In this document: positions 16,813 through 24,546 of the stretch, piece after piece
How positions within the stretch are numbered: the stretch's first letter is position 1
Layout of the letters: every line of letters starts with the position of its first letter
Virus record (IMG/VR): IMGVR_UViG_3300006103_000037
Coordinates: 1-38,281 of that record
Origin: a virus
Taxonomy: Duplodnaviria; Caudoviricetes
Length of the DNA: 38,281 nucleotides
Direction: 5' to 3' (one strand)
Position numbers and translations under genes: made by a program
The notes under the pieces: model-generated
Told to the model about the DNA's origin: nothing
What the model saw: only the letters and a program-made list of their open reading frames with translations
The model's database searches: none

Positions 16813-17091
16813 ATGTATTGGAATAATAGAGTAGTAAGAACCCTATCTCGTTACGAGCATGAGGGACAAGCAGTAGCAGAGCCTTACTTTGAAATCAGCG
16901 AGGTTTTCTACAACGACAAGGGTCAGCCATGTGGCTACACCTCGACAAGTATTGGCGGGGAAACACCTGAGGAAATGCGTGAGGTATACGAGAGAATGGC
17001 GGAAGCATTTGAGCACCCTGTTCTCGATGCTGAGACTGACTTTAATAATAAGTTTGAAGAAGATGAGGAGGATGGACATGAATTCGCTTGA
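16813..17091 (+). CDS. Conserved hypothetical phage protein
   Basis: AAGGA RBS; MYWNNRVV...ISEVFYNDKG.P...MAEAFEHPVL. Confidence 0.75.
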   Translation: MYWNNRVVRTLSRYEHEGQAVAEPYFEISEVFYNDKGQPCGYTSTSIGGETPEEMREVYERMAEAFEHPVLDAETDFNNKFEEDEEDGHEFA

Positions 17092-17287
17092 GAAAAACTT
17101 AAGACCTGTCCCCCGCACATTGGATGAGGCAACACGCAACGCAACATATGCATCATCTATTCAGGCATTTAAGAGCGACACACAAGAAGCGTGGGAGTTC
17201 TTGCTCGGTGCAGTTTATGGGTTCATCATGGTCGGTTGGGCATTTATTGCAATCGGCTTAGTTCTTTACTATTTCTTTGGAGGTTAA
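17078..17287 (+). CDS. Small membrane protein
   Basis: GAGGAGG RBS; PRTLDEA...YAS followed by a C-terminal hydrophobic helix. Confidence 0.7.
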   Translation: MNSLEKNLRPVPRTLDEATRNATYASSIQAFKSDTQEAWEFLLGAVYGFIMVGWAFIAIGLVLYYFFGG

Positions 17288-17288
17288 T

Positions 17289-18245
17289 ATGGGTTGGGGT
17301 TATGGAAATTGCGGTAGATTAAAACCACTATCTACTTATCAGCAAGCACAGGAACACTTTAACTGGGTGACTCCTATTCGTGGTCGTAGCAAAGAAACTA
17401 AACCATTGGGTTTAAACCGACGCTATACGCACTATCTTATCAAAGAGAATATGCGAGTGGTTGACGATGGTTGTCTAGGTGCGTGGCAGAAGACTTACTC
17501 TGCTAATCTGTATAACACGGATATGGTTGAGTGGTATCCCAATGGCGATATTGCGATAGGAACTGGTGGTTGGCAGTCGCCGACGAGTCACGCATTTATA
17601 AATTACACCATCCAAGATTTGGGGTTCATCGAATCGTGGAGTGGCAAGTGGTATTTCACTAATAAGGAACAGAAAAGGTTTTTACTCAAGGGTAAGACTA
17701 AAGATAGGCTCGTGTTAGTTAATACTGGTCGCCAAGTCCAAACCTATGCTAGAGGAATGTGTGATGTATATGAGCCAGCTCATCCAATACAAGAGCATAA
17801 ATACTCAGCGAACAGAAAAGAAATGAATCATCTAAAAAAATACTACGCACCATTTGTTGAGTATGGCAAGAATATGCTACTCATCGACAATAAGTTTGAC
17901 TACAACGAGGAAGAGAATAAGAGAGTCTTTAACAAGTGGGCAAGTCCACACATGATTTCGTATGGGTATCACAGAGAGGAAGCCAAGCGAAATAGGAATT
18001 TCTTTATGACTAAGGTTGGTGAATTTATTGATGAGGGCAGTATGAACTTAGAACTAGCCTATAACTTAGCATTACTTTGTGCGAAGTCTATATCGGGCTG
18101 GGGACAGCGTTGTATGCCCCAAGAGTTTGAGGCGCATTTCATCGAGTTAATAAGGAATCACCATAATAAAGAAGTATTTAGAGCAACTCCTATGCCAATA
18201 GGTGAAGCATTTACTGACCGCAACGCAAAGTATTTTTTAGTTTAA
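17289..18245 (+). CDS. Hypothetical protein
   Basis: GGAGG RBS; about 318 aa, aromatic-rich. Confidence 0.8.
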   Translation: MGWGYGNCGRLKPLSTYQQAQEHFNWVTPIRGRSKETKPLGLNRRYTHYLIKENMRVVDDGCLGAWQKTYSANLYNTDMVEWYPNGDIAIGTGGWQSPTSHAFINYTIQDLGFIESWSGKWYFTNKEQKRFLLKGKTKDRLVLVNTGRQVQTYARGMCDVYEPAHPIQEHKYSANRKEMNHLKKYYAPFVEYGKNMLLIDNKFDYNEEENKRVFNKWASPHMISYGYHREEAKRNRNFFMTKVGEFIDEGSMNLELAYNLALLCAKSISGWGQRCMPQEFEAHFIELIRNHHNKEVFRATPMPIGEAFTDRNAKYFLV

Positions 18246-18261
18246 TAGTAGTTAACCCAAC

Positions 18262-18291
18262 GGACAAACTTAGCAAGACCTAAGAATGTCC
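18262..18291 (+). repeat. 30-bp element
   Basis: GGACAAACTTAG-CAAGAC-CTAAGAATGTCC. Confidence 0.95.
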
Positions 18292-18313
18292 ACAACAACG
18301 GAAGGAAGTAACC

Positions 18314-19408
18314 ATGTCTGAAGTATTTTTGAATAAAGTAGCAACTCTAGTAGAAGCAGAGAACCTTATCCTCTCTATTGGTGCTAACGGAACAGTTCAC
18401 TTAGTTGGTGAGCCAGGTGTAGGCAAGACCTCAATGTTTAAGAACATCGTGCGTCGCACAGGCTTCAAAGGTATCTATATTGATGCACCGAACATCGAAC
18501 TAGGCGAATTAGGTATTCCAATCCCTGACCATGCTACTAAGACAACGCGTATCTATCCCAACGAGCAATGGGGATTTCATGTTAATGAGCCAAAGGTAAT
18601 CTTCATCGACGAGTTCACTAAAGCACACAACGCAGTTAAGAATATGCTTCATCCTATGCTTAACGAACCACGAATGATTATGGGTATCCCATTGCACGAG
18701 AAAGATATTGTCGTAACGGCAGGTAATTACTCAGGCGACGGGGTAGGCGATAACATGATGGCTCACTCTCGTAATCGTGTGACTGTCGTGCAAGTTAAGA
18801 AACCTCATGCGGGTTTGAATCCTGATGGCTCTATTGATCCTGATTCTTGGGGTGCATGGGCGGTGGATAATGACATTGCTCCTGAGGTTCTAGCATGGGT
18901 TAAGGAAACTCCTCATTGCTTGGCTTCATATCTCGATGGCGCACAGGCGGGGAATAAGTATATCTTTAACCCTAAGGAAGCACAGAAGTCTTTTGTTTCT
19001 CCTCGCTCTCTTGCTAGAGCATCAGCAATTCTTAAGGCACGCTTAGGAGTAACTACCAACGCAACTATTTGTGCGCTAGAGGGAACGATTGGTGCTCCTG
19101 CGGCTCGGGATTTGATGTCTTATGTGGAAGTCGCCGACTCGCTACCAACTTGGGCTGATATTCTTAAGAGTCCACAGACTGCGATTGTGCCTAACTCACC
19201 CGCCGCATTGTGCTTGCTAGCTTTCTCTGCGGTGCAAAAGGTTGATAGGGAATCTATTAGTAAGTTCTTTGAATACCTCAAGCGAACTCCAAAGGAATTG
19301 CAATCGGTGTTCTGCTTAACAGGCATGAAGAACGACGACAAGAAAAAATTGTTCTTAACAAGCCAATCATTCACGACATGGATGCGTGAGAACCAATACC
19401 TATTCTAA
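18314..19408 (+). CDS. MoxR-type AAA+ ATPase
   Basis: Walker A GEPGVGKT, Walker B IFIDE, TAGN, SPRS; linked to a VWA gene. Confidence 0.88.
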   Translation: MSEVFLNKVATLVEAENLILSIGANGTVHLVGEPGVGKTSMFKNIVRRTGFKGIYIDAPNIELGELGIPIPDHATKTTRIYPNEQWGFHVNEPKVIFIDEFTKAHNAVKNMLHPMLNEPRMIMGIPLHEKDIVVTAGNYSGDGVGDNMMAHSRNRVTVVQVKKPHAGLNPDGSIDPDSWGAWAVDNDIAPEVLAWVKETPHCLASYLDGAQAGNKYIFNPKEAQKSFVSPRSLARASAILKARLGVTTNATICALEGTIGAPAARDLMSYVEVADSLPTWADILKSPQTAIVPNSPAALCLLAFSAVQKVDRESISKFFEYLKRTPKELQSVFCLTGMKNDDKKKLFLTSQSFTTWMRENQYLF

Positions 19409-19417
19409 GGAGATAGC

Positions 19418-19531
19418 ATGGAAGATTTACCGAAAGACATAAGGGAGTTGGTGTTGTATGCATTGCAAGATGTAATGAACCGACTACATAGAATTGAAGA
19501 AATGCTTTGTGATAACGAGGAAGAAGAATGA
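19418..19531 (+). CDS. 37-aa hypothetical protein (not in the ORF track)
   Basis: AAGGAG RBS; MEDLPKDIRELVLYALQDV... Confidence 0.55.
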   Translation: MEDLPKDIRELVLYALQDVMNRLHRIEEMLCDNEEEE

Positions 19532-19734
19532 AAGAAATTGTAGATGCAATGCGTGAGCATAGTCGTATCAAAGCCGAAGCGAAAAGGAATAACCTTGAAC
19601 TGATGAAGTTAGCGGTGCAGACAGGGTTGCCTCAAGAAGAGGCTTTGAAAATAAATCTGTCTATGTATTTAGATGGTTACTTAATGGCATTAGGGCATAT
19701 GCCCGCACACAGAAGAGGAGTTGTAAATGATTGA
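19528..19734 (+). CDS. Hypothetical protein
   Basis: Coupled ORF. Confidence 0.65.
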   Translation: MKEIVDAMREHSRIKAEAKRNNLELMKLAVQTGLPQEEALKINLSMYLDGYLMALGHMPAHRRGVVND

Positions 19735-19924
19735 GATTACCTACGCAGATTTGTTCCTATTCGTTGTTATTGTGTTGGTGTCAACTCTCTGGTTGAAGGC
19801 AAAGGCAGAGATGGTCATGCAAAAACGAGCCATGATGCAAGGGTTGTATGCCTTGTATCATGGTGAGGCTGAAGTAATCGTTGATGAAGAAGAAGGTTCA
19901 ATCCGTTTACAGGAGAAAGTATGA
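19727..19924 (+). CDS. Small membrane protein
   Basis: GAGGAG RBS; N-terminal hydrophobic helix. Confidence 0.7.
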   Translation: MIEITYADLFLFVVIVLVSTLWLKAKAEMVMQKRAMMQGLYALYHGEAEVIVDEEEGSIRLQEKV

Positions 19925-21111
19925 GTAAGTTAACAGCAGAACAGCGCATCGAACGCACCCATGTTCAGCTAATGAAGCACCCCAATTTTTGTTTGTTCTC
20001 GGGGTTGTTCATGGTGGGCAAGGTGTCGGTAGATGATGAGTGTCCTAGTGCTAAGACCAATGGGGTTGATGTAACCTATGGTCGTGGGTTCGTGGATAGT
20101 TTGAGCGACAAGGCTTTGGCTTTCGTTATATTGCACGAGAATATGCACAAGGCTTATCGTCACTTGGTGGTATGGACAAACTTGCACAAGAAGAACGCAC
20201 AGTTAGCTAATGCGGCTTGTGACTATGTTATCAATCTACAAATCCGTGACTATGACCCTGATGGTCGTGATACTGAGATGCCTGTCGACGCCGACGGCAA
20301 TGTGATGGGACTTATCGACGAGAAGTATCGTGGTATGGATGCGGCTCAAGTCTTTAGATTGCTAGAGGAAGAGCATGGCGGTGGCGGTGGTGGCGGTGGT
20401 CAAGGTATAGATGACCATGACTGGGAAGGCGCACAGGAAGCAACACCTGAGGAACAAGAAGCGATTACTAACGAGATCGAGCGAGCATTGCGACAAGGCG
20501 GTATCTTGGCGGGCAAGATGGGTGGTAAGGTTTCTAAAGAAATGCAAGACCTCTTAACTCCTAAGGTTGACTGGCGAGAAGCCTTGCGTGATTTCGTTAA
20601 GACTTCTACTCAGGGTAAAGACCAAACGACTTGGCGTCGGTTGCATAAACGCTATATCGGTTGCGACATCATCATGCCATCATCTTATGATGAGAAGGTT
20701 GGCGGTATCTTAATTGGTATCGACACCTCAGGTTCTATTGGTGGGGAGGAACTGGCGGGGTTCTTGGGTGAGGTCAAATCCATTTGTGATGAAGTTGCGC
20801 CTGAGAAAATTGACTTACTTTATTGGGACACCCATGTGGCATCTCACGAAGTATGGCAAGGCAACGACCTAGCTGGTCTTACAGAATCAACTAAACCAGC
20901 GGGCGGTGGCGGAACAGAGCCAGCTTGTGTGCCTAAGTATATGAAGAAAGAAGCATTAGACCCTGAGTGTGTCATCATGCTAACTGATGGATACATCGGA
21001 ACGCAGAACCCAAACGATTGGGAGATAGGCAAGCCTATTCTATGGTGCATCAAAGGTAACGAGCGCTTTAATAGTTCTCAAGTATCAGGAAAGGTGGTTC
21101 ATGTGGAATGA
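19921..21111 (+). CDS. HExxH metallopeptidase-like plus VWA domain protein (DUF2201-type)
   Basis: LHENMH, NAACDYVIN, MIDAS DTSGS, GGGGT, LTDGY. Confidence 0.88.
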   Translation: MSKLTAEQRIERTHVQLMKHPNFCLFSGLFMVGKVSVDDECPSAKTNGVDVTYGRGFVDSLSDKALAFVILHENMHKAYRHLVVWTNLHKKNAQLANAACDYVINLQIRDYDPDGRDTEMPVDADGNVMGLIDEKYRGMDAAQVFRLLEEEHGGGGGGGGQGIDDHDWEGAQEATPEEQEAITNEIERALRQGGILAGKMGGKVSKEMQDLLTPKVDWREALRDFVKTSTQGKDQTTWRRLHKRYIGCDIIMPSSYDEKVGGILIGIDTSGSIGGEELAGFLGEVKSICDEVAPEKIDLLYWDTHVASHEVWQGNDLAGLTESTKPAGGGGTEPACVPKYMKKEALDPECVIMLTDGYIGTQNPNDWEIGKPILWCIKGNERFNSSQVSGKVVHVE

Positions 21112-21388
21112 TAAAAAACCGTGGTGGCAGAAACCTAAAGGCGACCCTAAAAAGGTAGTCGATAGGCAGTATGCCAAGAATTGGTGCGTGTTTGTGCAAA
21201 AGCTTGGTGTATATGACCCTAACAGTTGGGGTATGAAAGTAATGATTCATTACACAGCTTGCGCCAAACTCAATGTGCCTAGATTTCTGCATCAAACACA
21301 GGAAGAAGTAGTGGTAGTAGATAACTTAACTAAGCAAGAGGCAAACGAAGTAGCCAAAGGCTTAAACTTTTTAGATGGACAAACTTAG
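21101..21388 (+). CDS. Hypothetical protein
   Basis: Overlaps the VWA stop and ends inside a 30-bp element. Confidence 0.6.
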   Translation: MWNDKKPWWQKPKGDPKKVVDRQYAKNWCVFVQKLGVYDPNSWGMKVMIHYTACAKLNVPRFLHQTQEEVVVVDNLTKQEANEVAKGLNFLDGQT

Positions 21389-21406
21389 GTAGAACTAAGA
21401 ATGTCC
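21377..21406 (+). repeat. 30-bp element
   Basis: GGACAAACTTAG-GTAGAA-CTAAGAATGTCC. Confidence 0.95.
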
Positions 21407-21424
21407 TTAACGATAGGAATGATT

Positions 21425-22327
21425 ATGAACCAAGAAAATAGTATTTCCATTGCATCTTCTGCAATGTTGGTAGAACTTAGCATTAGTGGTTGGAGTGCTA
21501 GGAAGTTAGACAAGCGTGCCTCGGCTCAAGTAGATATCACCAACTCTACCAAGACCAAAGCGGGTAACTATAACAAGAACCTATTAGCTGGCACAGGGTT
21601 CTTGGATACCATAACGAAGTATGCGGCACAGGCTCGTGCATGGCATCTAAGTCAGACATTGCCTTGGTCGGATAACGGCTTGCGTCTATTACCTATGGGT
21701 AGGTTTCTAGAGTATAAGGAGCAACTCAACACTCTGGAGGCAAACTACATGGCGCTAGTGGATAAGTTCGTCGTAGCGTATCCGAATCTGGTAAGTGCCG
21801 CCGCATTTCAGTTAGGTGATTTGTTTGACCGAAGCGAATATCCCGAGGTCGAGAAGATCCCAGCGAAATTCAAATTCTCGGTTAACTACTTGCCTGTCCC
21901 GATGGCTGGAGATTTCAGAGTAGACATTGGTGAGGAAGCGAAAGCCGAACTTGTTAAGTCATGTGAAGATGCTTACAACGAGCGACTAGGTAATGCTATG
22001 AAAGATGCATGGGATAGATTACATGGTTGCTTGACCCGTATGTCTGACCGCTTGGCTGATGAAGTAGTGGAGAAAGAAGTAGATGGACAGATTGTTCAAG
22101 TGTCTCAACGAAAACGAATCCACGACACAGTAATAGAGCATGGTGTCGAGTTAGTAGAACTCCTGAAACACTTTAACCTCACAGGCGACGCTAGCATGGA
22201 GATGGCACGCAAGGACCTCGAGAGAGCAATCGGTGGTCACAATGCCGACGACCTCAAAGACAGCGAGGCTATTCGCATGGGTGTTAAGAGCAAGGTCGAT
22301 GCAATTCTCAGTAAGTTTTCTTTTTAA
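21425..22327 (+). CDS. Conserved helical phage protein (tentatively DUF3150-like)
   Basis: SAMLVELSISGWSARKLD...TLPWSDNGLRLLP...FDRSEYP; the RBS favours a start at 21425. Confidence 0.7.
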   Translation: MNQENSISIASSAMLVELSISGWSARKLDKRASAQVDITNSTKTKAGNYNKNLLAGTGFLDTITKYAAQARAWHLSQTLPWSDNGLRLLPMGRFLEYKEQLNTLEANYMALVDKFVVAYPNLVSAAAFQLGDLFDRSEYPEVEKIPAKFKFSVNYLPVPMAGDFRVDIGEEAKAELVKSCEDAYNERLGNAMKDAWDRLHGCLTRMSDRLADEVVEKEVDGQIVQVSQRKRIHDTVIEHGVELVELLKHFNLTGDASMEMARKDLERAIGGHNADDLKDSEAIRMGVKSKVDAILSKFSF

Positions 22328-22336
22328 GGAGGAAGT

Positions 22337-22537
22337 ATGCGAAGTTATAAAGCACGCAATAGGACTAAGTTAATAGCGGAGGCGAACAAGAACTCGCTAA
22401 CCGCATTGCTTAAACAAGACATTCCTATCGAAGAGAAATATGCAATGGTGGAGGAGCGCAACCCATTCCTTCATGCATTATTTATTAAGAAAGTTAAAGT
22501 TGTTATTAAAGGAGAAGAAGATGATTGTGGTAAATAG
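22337..22537 (+). CDS. Hypothetical protein
   Basis: AAGGAGG RBS. Confidence 0.65.
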   Translation: MRSYKARNRTKLIAEANKNSLTALLKQDIPIEEKYAMVEERNPFLHALFIKKVKVVIKGEEDDCGK

Positions 22538-23390
22538 AGACAAATTGAAGGCTGAGTATCGTTCCGACATTAAATACCTTGACGGATTGGAAAGTTTCTT
22601 AACCGATGTAGCATTAGCCAAGCCATTGCTAACTTATGATGTCGACGATATGTGTATCTCTAATGAGCGAACTAAGGATGCTAACGGCGACTTAAAGATA
22701 GAGAAGCAACTATATCGCATTAGAGTTTATGGTGCGGGGGAATACCTCGGGGATATTGGCATCATCGACAGATGGCGTGGTGGTAGCAAAGAAAGGGCTT
22801 ACCTAGTCGAGTGTTTTCGCATCAGCAAAGGGCGTGGCCGGCAGAATGGAACTACAACGATTGACCCGAAGACTGCGTTGCGTGAGGCTAAGAAAGCATT
22901 TAACCCAAGACAAGACGACGAGTTAAAGACTCTTATCAAGAGCATGGTTAAGAATCAGGTTAACACTATGCTGGATCAGGCTCGTAGTTATTTGCGTTGG
23001 AACTTTGAGCAAGATGCTGAACTATGCCACTATGCCGTCGTAGCTTTTAACGCTAGGAAAAATGGTGACTTGTTTGCCAAGATGCCTGTACATCCAGTAA
23101 CTGTTAAAGATACTAAAGAACACGATAAGCGTTGTGAAAAGTTTATAAATAGCCAAGAACTTTTTGATGCTATAAACGCTAATCGAGGGTATGGCATTAG
23201 AACTAATATGGATAACACTCTAGTTGTATATAGCTACGCTACCGACACCGTTGGTAAGGTTAATTCGTTTGACGATTTGCCTGAGGCTATTCAGTCTAAG
23301 TTTGCTATGTTTAAGGTATTAGAGGCGAATGATCCTGTGGGTAGCATTGGGGTTAAACTAGCTGATAACTTTTATTATGTAATGCAATGA
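22521..23390 (+). CDS. Hypothetical protein
   Basis: AAGGAG RBS before the ATG at 22521 (MIVVNRDK). Confidence 0.8.
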   Translation: MIVVNRDKLKAEYRSDIKYLDGLESFLTDVALAKPLLTYDVDDMCISNERTKDANGDLKIEKQLYRIRVYGAGEYLGDIGIIDRWRGGSKERAYLVECFRISKGRGRQNGTTTIDPKTALREAKKAFNPRQDDELKTLIKSMVKNQVNTMLDQARSYLRWNFEQDAELCHYAVVAFNARKNGDLFAKMPVHPVTVKDTKEHDKRCEKFINSQELFDAINANRGYGIRTNMDNTLVVYSYATDTVGKVNSFDDLPEAIQSKFAMFKVLEANDPVGSIGVKLADNFYYVMQ

Positions 23391-23400
23391 GGTATACTAT

Positions 23401-23570
23401 GGTCAGGTTGACTTCATAGTTAATCCTTTCGTGAGGGTGGTTGGAATGTATGGCAGATGCAAACCAACTGGGATTACCTGATTAACATACTAGGATGTAA
23501 TCTGCCTTACCTAGCGAATATGTATCCATATTCATCCTCCAAAACTAAGCCACCTTCGGGTGGCTTTTTT
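23401..23570 (+). ncRNA. Candidate structured small RNA (about 170 nt)
   Basis: TATACT at 23393-23398, several complementary segments, an anti-SD/anti-start stretch, and a terminal terminator. Confidence 0.5.
23547..23570 (+). terminator. Intrinsic terminator
   Basis: AAGCCACC-TTCG-GGTGGCTT followed by a T run. Confidence 0.9.
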
Positions 23571-23573
23571 ATT

Positions 23574-23603
23574 GGACAAACTTAGGTAGTGCTAAGAATG
23601 TCC
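23574..23603 (+). repeat. 30-bp element (identical to 14262)
   Basis: GGACAAACTTAG-GTAGTG-CTAAGAATGTCC. Confidence 0.95.
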
Positions 23604-23628
23604 TTAGGGAAACCCCCTATAAATTAAT

Positions 23629-23657
23629 TTGCTATGTTATTTTTGGTGTGGTATACT
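23629..23657 (+). promoter_or_regulatory. Sigma70 promoter for the replication operon
   Basis: TTGCTA-17 bp-TATACT with extended -10 TG. Confidence 0.7.
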
Positions 23658-23694
23658 ATGTCAATAATAATAGTTTCACCGAAAGATAAAACCA

Positions 23695-24012
23695 ATGGCA
23701 ACCCCTGAGTCTAAAGTAAAAGACGCAGTAGTTAAGATACTTAAAAAGCATAGTATCTACTACTTTTTTCCAGCTACGCATGGCTATGGTCGCTCGGGCG
23801 TGCCTGATATTATAGCGTGCTTTCGTGGGCAGTTCGTAGCTATCGAATGTAAGGCTGGAAACAACAAGCCGACTGCATTACAACAACGAGAACTCAAAAA
23901 TATTATGACTGCTGGCGGTCATGCCTTTGTAGCGAACGAAGAAAACATTAGCTTTTTTGAATCTTATTTTAATCGGTTTGACTTTGGTTTTGATGACGAT
24001 GACCGATGCTGA
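23695..24012 (+). CDS. VRR-NUC nuclease (Holliday junction resolvase-like)
   Basis: TPESKVK...GVPDIIAC...AIECKAG...PTALQ. Confidence 0.88.
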   Translation: MATPESKVKDAVVKILKKHSIYYFFPATHGYGRSGVPDIIACFRGQFVAIECKAGNNKPTALQQRELKNIMTAGGHAFVANEENISFFESYFNRFDFGFDDDDRC

Positions 24013-24042
24013 TATCCCACCAGTTACAAGAAAGGAAACGAC

Positions 24043-24546
24043 ATGAATGACGGCGTAGCTATGCTAATTGAAAGAATGAAAACAAACCCTGAGGAGTTTA
24101 CGGAAGGGAAATGGAACGCTTTAATACAATCCCACAAAATGTTTTTAAACCCCGAAGACTGCAAAGCCCTTGATGATGGCGTCAATACACTAATGCAACA
24201 ACGCTTTACCGAGAAGGTTATGGAGGAACTTGTTGACCCAAAGTCGAAGGACGGAGTGACACTAAACAACATAAGTCATCCGAACGCTACGATTGGGGCT
24301 ATACGGACCCAGCCACTCTCTTTAAATACTAATGCAGTAACAGGAACTATAAGCAACGGTGGAAGCTGGGGTCATAATATGCTAATAAACAAACTTTTCA
24401 TGGAATTTTATGAAGCTAGATCCGCAAGTTCTATTAGTCTAGAGCATGATGAGCATATGAAAGCCCATATAGAAGCACTAAAGAGAGAAGTAGAAAAGCA
24501 GAAAGAACATAAGACTTTATTCGGAAAGCTATTTAATTACCTATGA
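24043..24546 (+). CDS. Hypothetical protein
   Basis: GAAAGGA RBS; LIERMKTNPEEF. Confidence 0.75.
   Translation: MNDGVAMLIERMKTNPEEFTEGKWNALIQSHKMFLNPEDCKALDDGVNTLMQQRFTEKVMEELVDPKSKDGVTLNNISHPNATIGAIRTQPLSLNTNAVTGTISNGGSWGHNMLINKLFMEFYEARSASSISLEHDEHMKAHIEALKREVEKQKEHKTLFGKLFNYL

Noticed and set aside
20377-20400. (GGN)8 repeat
   Set aside because: An in-frame poly-Gly linker typical of DUF2201/VWA proteins.
16783-21424. Track starts at 16783 and 21401
   Set aside because: These ATGs are part of the 30-bp element (AATGTCC). RBS-supported starts are 16813 and 21425.
23470-23502. Hammerhead ribozyme within the sRNA candidate
   Set aside because: CTGATTA and TAAT depart from the required CUGAnGA and GAAA core.
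14262-23603. 30-bp repeats as a CRISPR array
   Set aside because: Copies are separated by 0.6-3 kb of genes rather than 30-40-nt spacers, and there is no cas operon. The PD-(D/E)XK nuclease is an ordinary phage exonuclease.
14262-23603. 30-bp repeats as integron attC or Xer dif sites
   Set aside because: No RYYYAAC/GTTRRRY ends, no match to the XerC/XerD arm consensus and no integrase in the window.
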